From NCBI GenBank assembly GCA_964619835.1, contig CAZUFP010000023.1, forward strand, positions 1-63,531: a stretch of DNA of 63,531 nucleotides, in the 5' to 3' direction. Below the pieces are notes generated by a model that saw only the letters and a program-made list of their open reading frames with translations, searched no databases and was not told the DNA's origin. Shown one piece after another: positions 49,589 to 58,012 of this stretch. The position numbers and the translations under genes are program-made. The DNA comes from an uncultured Gemmatimonadaceae bacterium (GTDB lineage: Bacteria; Gemmatimonadota; Gemmatimonadetes; Longimicrobiales; RSA9). The number at the start of each line of letters is the position of its first letter. The first letter of the stretch is position 1.

Positions 49589-51187
49589 TTACCCACCGAT
49601 GATCTCGGCCAGAACCTTCGCCGCGCGCGGGTCATCGGACTGGCCGAGCCAGAAGATGGCGCGCTTGCGCAGGTCGGGGTCCTTCTCCGATTTCGCCACC
49701 TGGATGAGCTTGTCCACGGCCGCGGGCTTGTCGCTCTGGGAGAACGCGAACAACAGCTGTTCCTTGAGCTCGCGTTCCTGGACGCGGTCGTAGAGGTTGC
49801 TCAGGGCGGCGATGGAAGCGTCCGCCTGGCCGGCCCAGAAGATGGCGCGTTTGCGCACGTCCATGGGCGTGTTGCTGTCAGTGGCCACGCCCAGGAGCCA
49901 GTCGGCGGCGCCGGGCTGGTCGGACTGCGCGACGGCGAACAGCACGCGTTCCTTGAGCGCCGGGTCCTGCAGCTTGGCGTAGAGCTGCTCCAGGTACTGC
50001 ACGTCCGCGTCCTTGTGCTGCGCGATCCACGTGATGGCGTACTTGCGGAGGTCTTCCGACACCTGGGGGTTCTCCGCCGTCTGCTTGAGGAACGCATACG
50101 CGCGCGGGCTGTCGTGCTGGGACAGGGCGAACAGGGCGCGCTTCTGCACCTCCACGTCCTTCGACGTCTTCAGGATCTGCTCCAGGGCGTCCACGGCCCG
50201 CGGATCGTCCACCTGCGACAGCCAGAACACGGCCTGGCGACGCACCTCGACGTCGGGGTCGTTCCGGGCCACATCCACCATGATGTCCACCGTCTCCGGC
50301 GTCTCCTGCTGCGAGAGCAGGAACACCGCCTTGCGGCGCAGGTCGGCGGAGCACGCGTCCCGGCGCTGGATCACCTTCTTGAGGATGGGCAGCGCCTGTT
50401 CGGCGTTCATCTGAAGCAGCGCGTTGAGGGCGGCCACGCGCATGTCCTGGTCGGTGGTGTCGCAGCCGGCCTCGGCGCTCTGGGCGGTGCGAGCGATCTG
50501 CTCCGCCGCGTTCGAGTCGCCCTGGCGCGCCAGCATGCCGCGGATGCGGGTGGCCAGCGTCTCCGCGTCGCCGGAGCGGCGCGTGCCCGCATCGGGGAAC
50601 GACTGGCGCTGCTTCTCGAGCGTTTCGAGTGCCCGCTTCAGGTTCCGGTCGCCGCCGGAGCGGTACAGGTTGAAGGCCAGCCAGTAGTAGGAATCGGGCG
50701 CGTAGGCCGAGCGCGCGTACCGGTCCGCGATGCTCGCGAACAGCTCGGCGGCCCGATCGTACTGGCTGCGGCTCATGGCGTCCCGCGCCGCCCGGTACAG
50801 GGAATCGGCCGGGCTCTGCTGCTGGGCCGTCGACGCCGGAGGCAACTGCTGGAGCGACCTGCGTTCGGCCCGCCAATCGCCGGCCACGCTGGCCACCTGC
50901 GACGCCGCGGCGGTGACGCCGGCGGCCATTTCGGCGCTCTGCGCGGCCAGGACCCCGGCTTGAAGGACCACGGGAGCGAGGTCGGCGTCCAGGGACGTCA
51001 TGTTCATTCGTACGGCGGACAGCGCGGCCTCCAGCGCCCCCGCCGGCATGACCGGCATGTCGGGCAGGTCAGGCACGTCGGGCAGGGCAACGACGGGCAT
51101 CACGGGCGCGACGGGTCGGATCGGCGTTACCTGCGCCCCCAGCTGCAGCGGCGTCGCCAGGATCAGGGCCAGCGTGAGTGTGCGCAT
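49589..51187 (-). CDS. Secreted TPR/HEAT-repeat protein
   Basis: Signal peptide MRTLTLALILATPLQLGAQ. TPR-like middle region, then at least six HEAT/PBS-lyase-like repeats (VRRQAVFWLSQVDDPRAVDAL and similar). Confidence 0.7.
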   Translation of the reverse strand: MRTLTLALILATPLQLGAQVTPIRPVAPVMPVVALPDVPDLPDMPVMPAGALEAALSAVRMNMTSLDADLAPVVLQAGVLAAQSAEMAAGVTAAASQVASVAGDWRAERRSLQQLPPASTAQQQSPADSLYRAARDAMSRSQYDRAAELFASIADRYARSAYAPDSYYWLAFNLYRSGGDRNLKRALETLEKQRQSFPDAGTRRSGDAETLATRIRGMLARQGDSNAAEQIARTAQSAEAGCDTTDQDMRVAALNALLQMNAEQALPILKKVIQRRDACSADLRRKAVFLLSQQETPETVDIMVDVARNDPDVEVRRQAVFWLSQVDDPRAVDALEQILKTSKDVEVQKRALFALSQHDSPRAYAFLKQTAENPQVSEDLRKYAITWIAQHKDADVQYLEQLYAKLQDPALKERVLFAVAQSDQPGAADWLLGVATDSNTPMDVRKRAIFWAGQADASIAALSNLYDRVQERELKEQLLFAFSQSDKPAAVDKLIQVAKSEKDPDLRKRAIFWLGQSDDPRAAKVLAEIIGG

Positions 51188-51206
51188 GGATCTACTCCTT
51201 CACGTT

Positions 51207-51890
51207 TCAGATTGTGCTCTGTGTGGAACCTGCCGACACGACCGTCTGCAGCTTCGACAGCAGGTTGTTGTTCTGCATGCTCTCGCGGATCATCCGCAGG
51301 TCTTCGTTGGAGCCGGAGTCTTTCACGTTCGCGATCTGGACCAGCACGAGCTCCAGGTCCTGCAGCAGTGGGGCGAGCCTGGGGTCCCGCCCGGCGGGCG
51401 AGTCCAGCAGCAGGCGCGTCGTGGACAGGAGGTCCCGGGCCCATTCGACCGTCTGGGTGCCGACCTGGCCGGGGCGTTCGCTCCGCACCACCGTGAGCAG
51501 GGCTTCCGCCTGGCCCAGGTGGTCGTTGGCCGCCAGGCGGAACGGCAGAGCCGTGTTGTCCGGACTCGCCACGCCACGCGCACCGCCCTTCGCCGCCAGC
51601 GTCGCCGCCGGAGTCGCGGCCGGCTCCGCTATATGGAGGGTCAGGCGGCCAAGCCCGAAGCCGACGGCCAGCGTCGCGGCCAGGGCCACGCTCCACTGCA
51701 CCCAGCGACGGCGGGGCACGAGGCGGACGACCTTGGCGTCCGTTTCGGCGGCGTCGGGTGCCGGCGTCTCTTCCGGCAGGCCCAGGCGTTCCCGAACCAC
51801 CGCCCACATCTCGTCGCGCGGCGTTTCCGGCGGCGCGTTGTAGTCACGCGCCTCCTGCCGCAGCATCCGGGTGAACCTGTCCTCGTTCAT
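51207..51890 (-). CDS. Anti-sigma factor-like membrane protein
   Basis: Start at MNEDRFTRML with ATGA overlap to the sigma gene. Single TM helix WSVALAATLAVGFGLG. The ORF-track N-extension was rejected. Confidence 0.55.
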   Translation of the reverse strand: MNEDRFTRMLRQEARDYNAPPETPRDEMWAVVRERLGLPEETPAPDAAETDAKVVRLVPRRRWVQWSVALAATLAVGFGLGRLTLHIAEPAATPAATLAAKGGARGVASPDNTALPFRLAANDHLGQAEALLTVVRSERPGQVGTQTVEWARDLLSTTRLLLDSPAGRDPRLAPLLQDLELVLVQIANVKDSGSNEDLRMIRESMQNNNLLSKLQTVVSAGSTQSTI

Positions 51891-52432
51891 GCCATGTACT
51901 CCTCTGCGAAATCCGCGAGTGCCTCGCGAAGCATCTGGCGGGCCCGGAACAGCCGGGCCTTCGAGGTGCCCGCCGCCACACCGAGGACGTCGCCAATCTC
52001 CTCGTGCGTGTAGCCTTCCACGTCGTGCATCACCACCGCGGTCCTGTACATCTCCGGCAGATCGTCGATGGCGCGGTGGAGGCGCTCCTTCAGGTCCGGC
52101 TCCGCCGGGGGCGAGGCCGCAGCGTGCGGCGACTCCATTCCCCCCAGGTCCTCCACCGCCAGCTCTCGACTGGCGATCCGCTTCACCTTCCGCAATCCGT
52201 TGAACGTCACCGATACGGCTATGCTGTGCAGCCACGTGGACAGGGCCGCGTCGCCCCGGAACTGGTCCAGGCGTTGAAACGCCCGGACGAACGTGTCCTG
52301 CGTGTACTCCCGTGCCAGCTCCTCGTCCCCCGCCAGGCGGTAGGTCAGGCGGTACACCCGGTCCACGTTGGCCTCGTACAGGTCGCGTGTGGCCGCCGGG
52401 TCGCCCGAGCAGGCACGTTCCACAAGTTGCAT
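51887..52432 (-). CDS. ECF sigma-70 family factor
   Basis: Start at MQLVERACSGDPAATRDLYEANVDRVYRL. Region 2 and region 4 (LPEMYRTAVVMHDVEGYTHEEIGDVLGVAAGTSKARL). Confidence 0.8.
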   Translation of the reverse strand: MQLVERACSGDPAATRDLYEANVDRVYRLTYRLAGDEELAREYTQDTFVRAFQRLDQFRGDAALSTWLHSIAVSVTFNGLRKVKRIASRELAVEDLGGMESPHAAASPPAEPDLKERLHRAIDDLPEMYRTAVVMHDVEGYTHEEIGDVLGVAAGTSKARLFRARQMLREALADFAEEYMA

Positions 52433-52542
52433 TTCCGTCACGGATGCTTTTCCACGGTCGCCGGTCGATCGCCTTTCAATCCATGGGACACACGACACCA
52501 AGATAGGGTTGCGGGCGGCCGTTGGCCGCAGGGCGCGCCCCG

Positions 52543-52622
52543 GCCGGTGAAGCCGGCATCCCGGCGAGCGCAGCGAGCATCCTGAGCGAACGAAGTGAGT
52601 GCCCTGGCGAGCCTCGCTCGCC
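52543..52622 (+). repeat. Copy of the dispersed REP-like repeat (GCCGGTGAAGCCGGCATCCCGGCGAGCGCAGCGAGCATCCTGAGCGAACGAAG), plus a terminal hairpin GGCGAGCctcGCTCGCC
   Basis: About 85% identical to 33729-33781 over ~50 bp, in a divergent intergenic region. Confidence 0.6.
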
Positions 52623-52702
52623 CCTTGACAGCCTTGTGAGCTTGTAGGTGGAGATATGTACCACCAGTCAATCAACAGACAACGAGAACCGAGGAGAGAG
52701 CC

Positions 52703-53110
52703 ATGCCGGAGACGGTAGCCTACGCCATGAGCCGCGAGGTTGACATCTCCTACGAGGAGGCGGACCAGCGGGTGCGGGAGGCGCTTCAGGAGGAAGGGTT
52801 CGGCGTCCTCACGGAGATCGACGTGAAGGCGACGATGAAGAAGAAGCTGGATGTGGACTTCCAGCGGTATGAGATCCTGGGCGCGTGCAACCCGCCGCTC
52901 GCGCACAAGGCGCTGACGCATGCCGCCGACATCGGGTTGCTGCTGCCGTGCAACCTGGTGGTGCGGGACCTGGGCGGCGGGCGCACCATGGTCTCGGCCA
53001 TGGACCCGGTGCTGCAGCTGGGCGTGGCCGGCGATGAGGCGTTGACGCCGGTGGCGCAGGATGTCCGGCAGCGGATGGAACGGGTGCTGGATCGGGTTTC
53101 AGGACGCTGA
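52703..53110 (+). CDS. DUF302 domain protein
   Basis: Characteristic DUF302 pattern (EALQEEGFGVLTEIDVKATMKKKL...YEILGACNP). SD GAGGAGAG. Confidence 0.7.
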   Translation: MPETVAYAMSREVDISYEEADQRVREALQEEGFGVLTEIDVKATMKKKLDVDFQRYEILGACNPPLAHKALTHAADIGLLLPCNLVVRDLGGGRTMVSAMDPVLQLGVAGDEALTPVAQDVRQRMERVLDRVSGR

Positions 53111-53190
53111 AGGCCGGCGTGCCCGTCTGCGCTGGCGGCGCAGGCGGGCACGCATCATCTTGGCGCCAGGCAATTCAACCCTCGGGCGCC

Positions 53191-54480
53191 ATGACAAACA
53201 CGAAACGCACGACGACGGCCCTCCTCCTCGCGCTTCTTGCCTTCCTGCCGGGCGCGGCGCGAGCCCAGCAAGCTTATCTCCTTCGCCCGGATCGGGTGTT
53301 CGACGCCACGACCACGGCCACGCATGACGGCTGGGTGGTCCTGGTGCGCGGCCACCGCATCGAGGCGGTTGGCCCCGGGGACCAGGTCAAGGCGGGCAAT
53401 GCACGGGTCATCGACCTGGCCGGCACCACGCTGCTGCCGGGGCTCATCGAGGGCCACGGGCACATGCTGCTCCACCCCTACGACGAGACCTCCTGGAACG
53501 ATCAGGTGATGAAGGAGCCGCTGGCGCTGCGGGTCGCCCGCGCGGTGAACCACGCCCGCGCCACCCTGGACGCCGGATTCACCACCGAACGGGATCTGGG
53601 TACGGAAGGCGCCGGCTACGCCGACGTCGGCCTGCGCGACGCCATCAACCAGGGCATCATCCCGGGGCCCCGCATGCTCGTGGCGGGCCCGGCCACGGTG
53701 GCCACCGGCAGCTACGGCCCCAAGGGCTTCGGCCCCGAGGTCACGGTGTCGCCCCTGGGCGCCATGGAGGTGAGCGGCACGGAGGACATGGTCCACGCGG
53801 TTCGTGAGCAGATCCGCCGCGGCATCGACTGGCTCAAGCTGTACGCCGACTATCGGTGGGGCCCCCACGGCGAAGCGGAGCCGACGTTCAGCATCGAGGA
53901 GATGCGTGCAGGCGTGGAGACCGCCGCCAGCTCCGGGCGGCCCACGTCGGCCCATGCGACGACGCCCGAGGGCATGCGCCGCGCGGTCCTGGCCGGCGTC
54001 GAGACCATCGAGCACGGCGACGCGGGCACGCCGGAAGTGTTCAAGCTCATGGCCGAGCACAACGTCTGCTACATCCCCACCCTCGCCGCGAGCCAGGCCA
54101 TCACCATCTATTCCGGGTGGGACCCGAAGACGCCGCCGCCGGCGAGGCTGAAGGCCAAGTGGGCGTCGTTCAAGGCGGCGCTGGACTCCGGCGTGCGCAT
54201 CTGCGCCGGCAGCGACGTAGGCGTGTTCAGCCACGGCGACAACGCGTGGGAGCTGGAGCTCATGGCGGAGCACGGCATGAAGCCGGCGGACGTCCTCCTG
54301 TCGGCAACCCGCGAGGACGCGCGCATGCTCCACATGGAAGATCAGATCGGGACCGTCCGGCCTGGACTGCTGGCGGACCTCATCGCGGTGGCCGGCGACC
54401 CGACCCGGGACATCCACGCGTTGCGCGCCGTGCGCTTCGTCATGAAGGGCGGCCAGATCGTGCGGCAGCCAGGCTCATGA
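53191..54480 (+). CDS. Secreted amidohydrolase-family metal-dependent hydrolase
   Basis: Signal peptide MTNTKRTTTALLLALLAFLPGAARAQ. Metal-ligand motifs IEGHGHML and SAHAT, with a carboxylated-lysine region. Confidence 0.75.
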   Translation: MTNTKRTTTALLLALLAFLPGAARAQQAYLLRPDRVFDATTTATHDGWVVLVRGHRIEAVGPGDQVKAGNARVIDLAGTTLLPGLIEGHGHMLLHPYDETSWNDQVMKEPLALRVARAVNHARATLDAGFTTERDLGTEGAGYADVGLRDAINQGIIPGPRMLVAGPATVATGSYGPKGFGPEVTVSPLGAMEVSGTEDMVHAVREQIRRGIDWLKLYADYRWGPHGEAEPTFSIEEMRAGVETAASSGRPTSAHATTPEGMRRAVLAGVETIEHGDAGTPEVFKLMAEHNVCYIPTLAASQAITIYSGWDPKTPPPARLKAKWASFKAALDSGVRICAGSDVGVFSHGDNAWELELMAEHGMKPADVLLSATREDARMLHMEDQIGTVRPGLLADLIAVAGDPTRDIHALRAVRFVMKGGQIVRQPGS

Positions 54481-55229
54481 AGAACAGGGTAGGCCAGTCC
54501 GCGCCGGCAATCGCCCTGGCCGCGCTGCTGATCACGCAGCCGCTGGCCGCACAAACGGCGCGGGCGTCAAACAATCCGCGATGGCACATCTCGCTTTACG
54601 CGGGCACGAACTCGCCCGGCCCGGCCGCAGACCTGCGGGCGGCGTTGGTGCGTGAAGATTACAACCAGTCCGTAAGCTGCGCGTTTCTGGGCTGCGCCCC
54701 GCACACGTACCCGTACTCCGTCACGGGTTGGGGACAGACCGGCCTTCCGTTCACGGCAGAAGTGCACTTCCGGTTCGTCGGCCCCGCCGAGCTGGGCCTG
54801 ATCGTCGGCAGGACGCCCATCGGTGAGACCGTCGGCTACCACTACCCGCTGGAGGTCGACATCCAGTACGGCGTGACCGTGTTGGCGCCCACCGCCGGCT
54901 TCTCCATCCCGTTGCCACTGCCCCGGACTCCGGTCGTGAACATCGGGGCCGGTCCCGCATGGTACGGAGCGTTCTGGACCCCGTTCCGGGACAAGAACGC
55001 CCTGCCCACCGGGCACGAGAATACGGTCGGCATGGTCGCGCAGGCCGGGTTCGAGGTCCCCGTCGACAAAGGCGTGAGGGTCGGCTTCGATTTCCAGTAT
55101 CGCTCCGTCGGCACCGTCACCGTGGGTCCCGTCCCCCTGCCCATCGCCGTCAACCGCCACGACCTGCCCGCCATGCCGTCCAACTTCGACCACTGGTACG
55201 CCGCGCTGGGGTTCAGCGTCGATCTCTGA
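54477..55229 (+). CDS. Outer-membrane beta-barrel protein (OmpA/OmpW-like fold), hypothetical
   Basis: ATGA overlap with the amidohydrolase gene. Signal peptide, alternating amphipathic beta-strands, and the C-terminal LGFSVDL. Confidence 0.55.
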   Translation: MKNRVGQSAPAIALAALLITQPLAAQTARASNNPRWHISLYAGTNSPGPAADLRAALVREDYNQSVSCAFLGCAPHTYPYSVTGWGQTGLPFTAEVHFRFVGPAELGLIVGRTPIGETVGYHYPLEVDIQYGVTVLAPTAGFSIPLPLPRTPVVNIGAGPAWYGAFWTPFRDKNALPTGHENTVGMVAQAGFEVPVDKGVRVGFDFQYRSVGTVTVGPVPLPIAVNRHDLPAMPSNFDHWYAALGFSVDL

Positions 55230-55599
55230 CGTTCCAGCCGCACAATGCATGAAAGGCGACGGCGCCGCCGGACTCGAGTCCGACGGCGCCGCAGGGTTCT
55301 GTCGCAAACCTGACGCAATGCCGCGATCAGCATCCGCCAAGCAGGACAGCTAGTCGCGCTTCACTCCGGCTGGATGCCGAGGTGGCGATCGCTTGCCCAT
55401 GTCAGGTTGCGAACAGTACTGGGACTAGACAAGGATCACCTCCTTCATTCGGGGGAACATCGGGCGTTGACGCCAGCGGGCTTTGTAATCCCGCGGTCCG
55501 CCTCCCGGGCCACCTGGGGCCATCGGGGAGCGGCCCACCTGCCGCTTCGACAGGACGTGGTGAAGATAAAGGGATACGGATGGTGGATCAAGCGCTCCC

Positions 55600-56862
55600 T
55601 CAGGGCTCGAATTCCACTCGATCCAGATCTTCCCACCACACCGCTTCCGTCTTCCCGTCCGGAAGAAGGATGTAGATGCCCTTGTTGTCCTCGTCCACGT
55701 CGTTGGATCCACGCAGCTCGAAGCTGCGCCCGTCCCGCAGCGTGACCCGGCATCCCCTGTAGGAAACCCGGTCGATCCGTGCGACGTTGCCGAACTCGAC
55801 GTTCATCTGCGTGTCGTCGTCCAGGTCCCCGTCCAGGATCTCCCAGGTGTATTCCTCGTCGTTGTCCCAACGGATGTCCCCGGTGTAACTGCGGCCCGAC
55901 CGGGTGAACACCGTCCCGTGGATGAGATGCCCGCCGTCGAAGGCGTCATACCGCAACGCCGGCGGCGCCTTCAGGTCCAGGCGCTCGAACGCGTCCCAGC
56001 CCACACGCACCTCGCCCAGCGACGGATCCGCCACGATGATGCCGCTGTTGGAATGGTCCACGTCGTTGGTGCCCCGCAGCACGAGGTCGCCGCCAGCCTG
56101 CAGGAAGACCCGCGCCGCGCGCGATCCGTCCCGCTCGATGGCCACGATGTCGTGGAAGGGGATCTTCCGGCGTTGGCCGCCTTCGTCGCCGTCCAGGATG
56201 TCCGTCCCCAGAGCCTCGTCGGCGTCCCACGCCACGAAGCCCGTGAACCGCTCTCCGTCCCGGGTCAGCAACGTGCCGTACAGACGACGACCCGCCGTCG
56301 GCGCCGCGTCCCAGCGCGCGCCCATGAAGTCCACCGTCCGGATGTCCCGCCACTTCAGCCGGACTTCGCCCCGCCGCGTCTGCACCACGATGTCACGCAC
56401 CGACGTGCCCAGGTCCCCACCACTCTCCAGCTCCACCTCCTGGCCCGACTTCAGCAACAGCCGCGCACGGCGGTCCCCCAGCACCTCGATGCTGCTGATG
56501 TGGCCGAACCGGATGCCCGACTCCACCGACGACGGGAAGCCGTCCCCCCGATCGTACTGGATCTTCAGACCGAATACCTCGATCGTGCCCTTCCTCTGCT
56601 GCCCGCCACGGTCGAAATAACCCATGTCCTCGGCCTGCTGCCTGTTCGCCGCCGGCAACTCCTTCGTCGCCGAAAGGATGTCGCTCCAGCTGGCCTCGTT
56701 CTTGTCCCAACGGATGAAGCCCTCGTACGTGTCCCCTTCTTCCGTCGTCACCCGCCCGTACAACCGGTTCGAGGGATCCCCCGCCTGCGCCGTCTGGGCC
56801 GACAGCGGAACCCAGCCGGCGGCGAGAAGAGAGAGAGCGCTGACTCCGATGAACTTCCACAT
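55600..56862 (-). CDS. Secreted hypothetical protein composed of three ~130-aa internal repeats
   Basis: Signal peptide MWKFIGVSALSLLAAGWVPLSAQ. Three copies of YG.V.T..G..Y.G.IRWD..E....ILDG...D. Start supported by SD GGAAGG. Confidence 0.65.
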   Translation of the reverse strand: MWKFIGVSALSLLAAGWVPLSAQTAQAGDPSNRLYGRVTTEEGDTYEGFIRWDKNEASWSDILSATKELPAANRQQAEDMGYFDRGGQQRKGTIEVFGLKIQYDRGDGFPSSVESGIRFGHISSIEVLGDRRARLLLKSGQEVELESGGDLGTSVRDIVVQTRRGEVRLKWRDIRTVDFMGARWDAAPTAGRRLYGTLLTRDGERFTGFVAWDADEALGTDILDGDEGGQRRKIPFHDIVAIERDGSRAARVFLQAGGDLVLRGTNDVDHSNSGIIVADPSLGEVRVGWDAFERLDLKAPPALRYDAFDGGHLIHGTVFTRSGRSYTGDIRWDNDEEYTWEILDGDLDDDTQMNVEFGNVARIDRVSYRGCRVTLRDGRSFELRGSNDVDEDNKGIYILLPDGKTEAVWWEDLDRVEFEP

Positions 56863-56980
56863 GATCGACCTTCCGTCGGTTGGCATCGCGCGGCAGAAGA
56901 GAATGGTCGGTCCACCCTACGCGCGTGGGAAGGCGCTTGTTTCAGGGGTGGGAGGACGCGGAGTGAGCCGAGGAACCCGG

Positions 56981-57076
56981 GGGACTGCATCACGCGGAGG
57001 CGCTGGGACTGCATCACGCGGAGGCGCTGGGACTGCATCACGCAGAGGCGCTGGGACTGCATCACGCAGAGGCGCG
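56981..57076. repeat. Tandem direct repeat, 4 x 24 bp (GGGACTGCATCACGC[G/A]GAGGCGCT)
   Basis: Read directly: copies 1-2 are identical, and copies 3-4 carry a G-to-A change. No spacers, so not CRISPR. Confidence 0.85.
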
Positions 57077-57089
57077 GAGAGCGCAGAGA

Positions 57090-57135
57090 GGGGGGGCATG
57101 AGGGGTGGGTGGGGCCGAATTTCGGGGGTGGAGGG
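57090..57135 (+). other. G-run cluster (GGGGGGGcatgaGGGGtGGGtGGGG ... GGGGGtGGaGGG), a potential G-quadruplex-forming motif in the divergent promoter region
   Basis: Read directly: at least four G-tracts of 3 or more separated by 1-5 nt. Confidence 0.35.
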
Positions 57136-57378
57136 AACGACGAGAGCGGTATCATGGAACGGGAAGGTTGGTGTTGGAACCGTTGGATGGATCGTTCCCG
57201 ACGGGGATCCGGCTGACGGGCGAAGAGTGGCGGCCGCGCGGAGACAACGGGCTCCTAGCGCCTTCAGAGCTCCGCGTGGCCGTTGGTCCCTGCGGACTTC
57301 GCGCCTCAGCGTGACCGGTGGTCCCTGCGGATTCTGCGCCCGCCGGGAGGGGGTTGTGCAAGGGAGGGGGGACCGCTA

Positions 57379-57396
57379 TTCATACAGACGTATGAA
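57379..57396. promoter_or_regulatory. Candidate TetR operator: inverted repeat TTCATAC agac GTATGAA overlapping the TetR start codon
   Basis: 7-bp arms with a 4-bp spacer, AT-rich in a GC-rich background, covering the ATG at 57392. Confidence 0.5.
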
Positions 57397-58012
57397 TGAA
57401 ACGGACACGGCAACGGCTCTCATCCGGGCAGCGACCCGGTTGTTCGCGGCTCGCGGCTACGCGGGCACGTCGATCCGCGCCATCACGGCGGAAGCGGGCG
57501 CGAACCTGGGTGCGGTGACCTACCATTTCGGGACGAAGCACGAGCTGTATACGGCGGTGCTGCAGACGCTGTTCGTACCGTTGGGTGAAGCGGTGGAGGT
57601 GGAGGCGGGGGGGCCGGGCGGCGCGCTGGATCGGATCGAGGCGATTCTGCGGTTGATCTTCGACCACCTGTCGAAGCACCCGGAGATGCCGCCGTTGTTG
57701 CTACACGAGGTAGCGGCGGGGCGTGCGCCGCCGGAGGGCGGGTTCGCCCAGGTCCGGCGGATCGTGGGGGCGATTGCGGGAGTCATCGAGGACGGTCATC
57801 GCGATGGCACGGTCCGGGCGGGGTCGCCGGTGCCATTGGCGTTGGGGGTCATTGCGCTGCCGGTGCACCTGACGTTGGCCCGGCGGGTGTCGGCGATGGC
57901 GCCGGGGGGGCGGGAGGCGGACCCGGTGGTTCAGGCTCTGCGCGCGTCCCCTGATGCGTTGGAGGACATTGTCCGGTTCGTGCGAGCCGGGCTGGCGAGG
58001 GAGGCAACGTGA
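57392..58012 (+). CDS. TetR/AcrR family transcriptional regulator
   Basis: HTH region AATRLFAARGYAGTSIRAITAEAGANLGAVTYHFGTKHELY. Start ATG at 57392, inside the artefactual long ORF 56624..58012. Confidence 0.85.
   Translation: MNETDTATALIRAATRLFAARGYAGTSIRAITAEAGANLGAVTYHFGTKHELYTAVLQTLFVPLGEAVEVEAGGPGGALDRIEAILRLIFDHLSKHPEMPPLLLHEVAAGRAPPEGGFAQVRRIVGAIAGVIEDGHRDGTVRAGSPVPLALGVIALPVHLTLARRVSAMAPGGREADPVVQALRASPDALEDIVRFVRAGLAREAT

Noticed and set aside
52442-52702. tRNA or ncRNA gene in the sigma / DUF302 intergenic region
   Set aside because: There is no cloverleaf-compatible structure with conserved T-loop or D-loop motifs. The structured part matches the REP-like repeat instead.
55425-55870. 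Minus-strand ORFs 55425..55712 and 55445..55870 in the OMP / repeat-protein intergenic region
   Set aside because: Low-complexity products, no SD in a sensible position, and overlap with the 3' end of the repeat-protein gene. The AAGGAGGTGATCC motif here has no ORF start within range.
56981-57076. Possible CRISPR array
   Set aside because: The four 24-bp units are directly adjacent with no spacers, and no cas genes are nearby. It is a simple tandem repeat.
56624-57391. 5' part of the 462-aa ORF 56624..58012 and the minus ORF 56917..57099 across the tandem repeats
   Set aside because: Their translations are just the 24-bp repeat read as (GTASRGGA)n or (PLRDAVPA)n. The real TetR gene starts at 57392.
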